From: Macrostomum lignano
Taxonomy: Eukaryota
DNA: 64,000 bases
Reading direction: 5' to 3'
Assembly: GCA_002269645.1 (NCBI GenBank)
Contig: NIVC01000524.1
Span: 62,001-126,000 of the forward strand
Notes under the pieces: model-generated
Databases searched by the model: none
What the model was told of the DNA's origin: nothing
Seen by the model: only the letters and a program-made list of their open reading frames with translations
Shown: piece after piece, positions 63,216-64,000 of the stretch
Layout: each line of letters starts with the position of its first letter
Position numbering within the stretch: the stretch's first letter is position 1
Program-made: the position numbers and the translations under genes

Positions 63216-63715
63216 GATAGGAATTTTTATATTGAGTTGAGGATTAACTGAGAGCTGATCAGAGGCTTTTAATATCGAGATGAGGGCTGCACTGTCCCAC
63301 GGGGCAGTGCAGCCGAAATCGCGACAAAATGAAAAAAATATTATAAAGCTGCTGTCACCACATCGTTCACATGTGAACACCCAAGTGTATTCGTTAGAGA
63401 CTCCCGACCGAGCAAGCTTTACTGCAATATATTGATAAATTTGTCTGCCAGGGTTCTTAGCATAAGTTAGCATCTTGCAGTTTAAGAGCAAAATTGTTAT
63501 AAAACCAGTATTTAGAGGGAAAATTCCCTCGAGTATTTTCACATGCATCGGATACATGTCTGCAATAAAACGGAAAGCAAAAAAAACAAATTAAGGCAAA
63601 GCAGTACCTATGCGTCTCTCATGTAGCAAAATACAGATCACAGAAGTCTTCACATCAACAGAAATCAAAATTGTAGCACGCAGTAAAGAGTTGCGGTGCG
63701 GCCTTTTCACAACAG

Positions 63716-64000
63716 TCACGCGCATTTCCACAGAATGATGGCCATGTTGCCGCCGAAGAACATGTACATGAGGTTTTTCAACTCGTGCGTGATCTCGAAT
63801 CCGTAGCCTTCGCCGACTACCGCGTGCCAGGCCGGCCCGAACTTCTTGTCCATGCTGTCCTTGATCATGCGTGCTGCCGACTGTGGAAGGATATTTCGAA
63901 GCGTATGTTATATTCCTATTGCACTACTCATTATTAGTAGGCGACCAGATAATCTTTACCTCGTTGTTTGATGCGAATTTTTCGCACGCGGTAACGCAGA
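63716..64000 (-). CDS. DNAL4: Dynein axonemal light chain 4, 3' part; exons >64000-63960 and 63880-63716
   Basis: CVTACEKFASNNE|SAARMIKDSMDKKFGPAWHAVVGEGYGFEITHELKNLMYMFFGGNMAIILWKCA*, with a phase-0 GT-AG intron. Closely matches the DNAL4 C-terminus. Confidence 0.95.

Overview
This is a eukaryotic, metazoan genomic window with GT-AG spliced genes and GC-rich exons. Minisatellites and microsatellites cover roughly a quarter of it. The style suggests a free-living flatworm such as Macrostomum, which is an inference and not shown by the sequence. No CRISPR array, rRNA or intact tRNA is present. Genes, in order: the start of an unknown minus-strand gene (1-309); an intronless death-domain + TIR (MyD88-like) gene head-to-head with a two-exon LRR-ROC-COR gene (MFHAS1/MASL1-like); a four-exon SUV4-20 H4K20 methyltransferase; a three-exon type-I glutamine-synthetase/lengsin-like gene with a -1 frameshift near its 3' end; three uncharacterised genes; a nine-exon TBL1/ebi orthologue; and the 3' end of DNAL4. 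Mobile DNA includes a young BEL/Pao LTR element with near-identical LTRs, a 5-bp TSD and a tRNA-iMet PBS. It has lost its RNase H core and integrase and carries an in-frame LINE insertion in gag. There is also a second, heavily mutated copy of that LINE family, a decayed RT fragment, three hAT-type elements, tRNA-derived SINEs (one with a CORE-like domain) and fold-back elements. The most unusual signal is two sharply bounded domains (about 19.55-25.2 kb and 53-56.5 kb), each just upstream of a chromatin housekeeping gene. In them CpG is almost absent and paired repeat copies show directional CpG->TpG/CpA/TpA and also CpA->TpA change, a RIP-like or methylation-driven hypermutation signature. 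All alignments and counts were made by eye.
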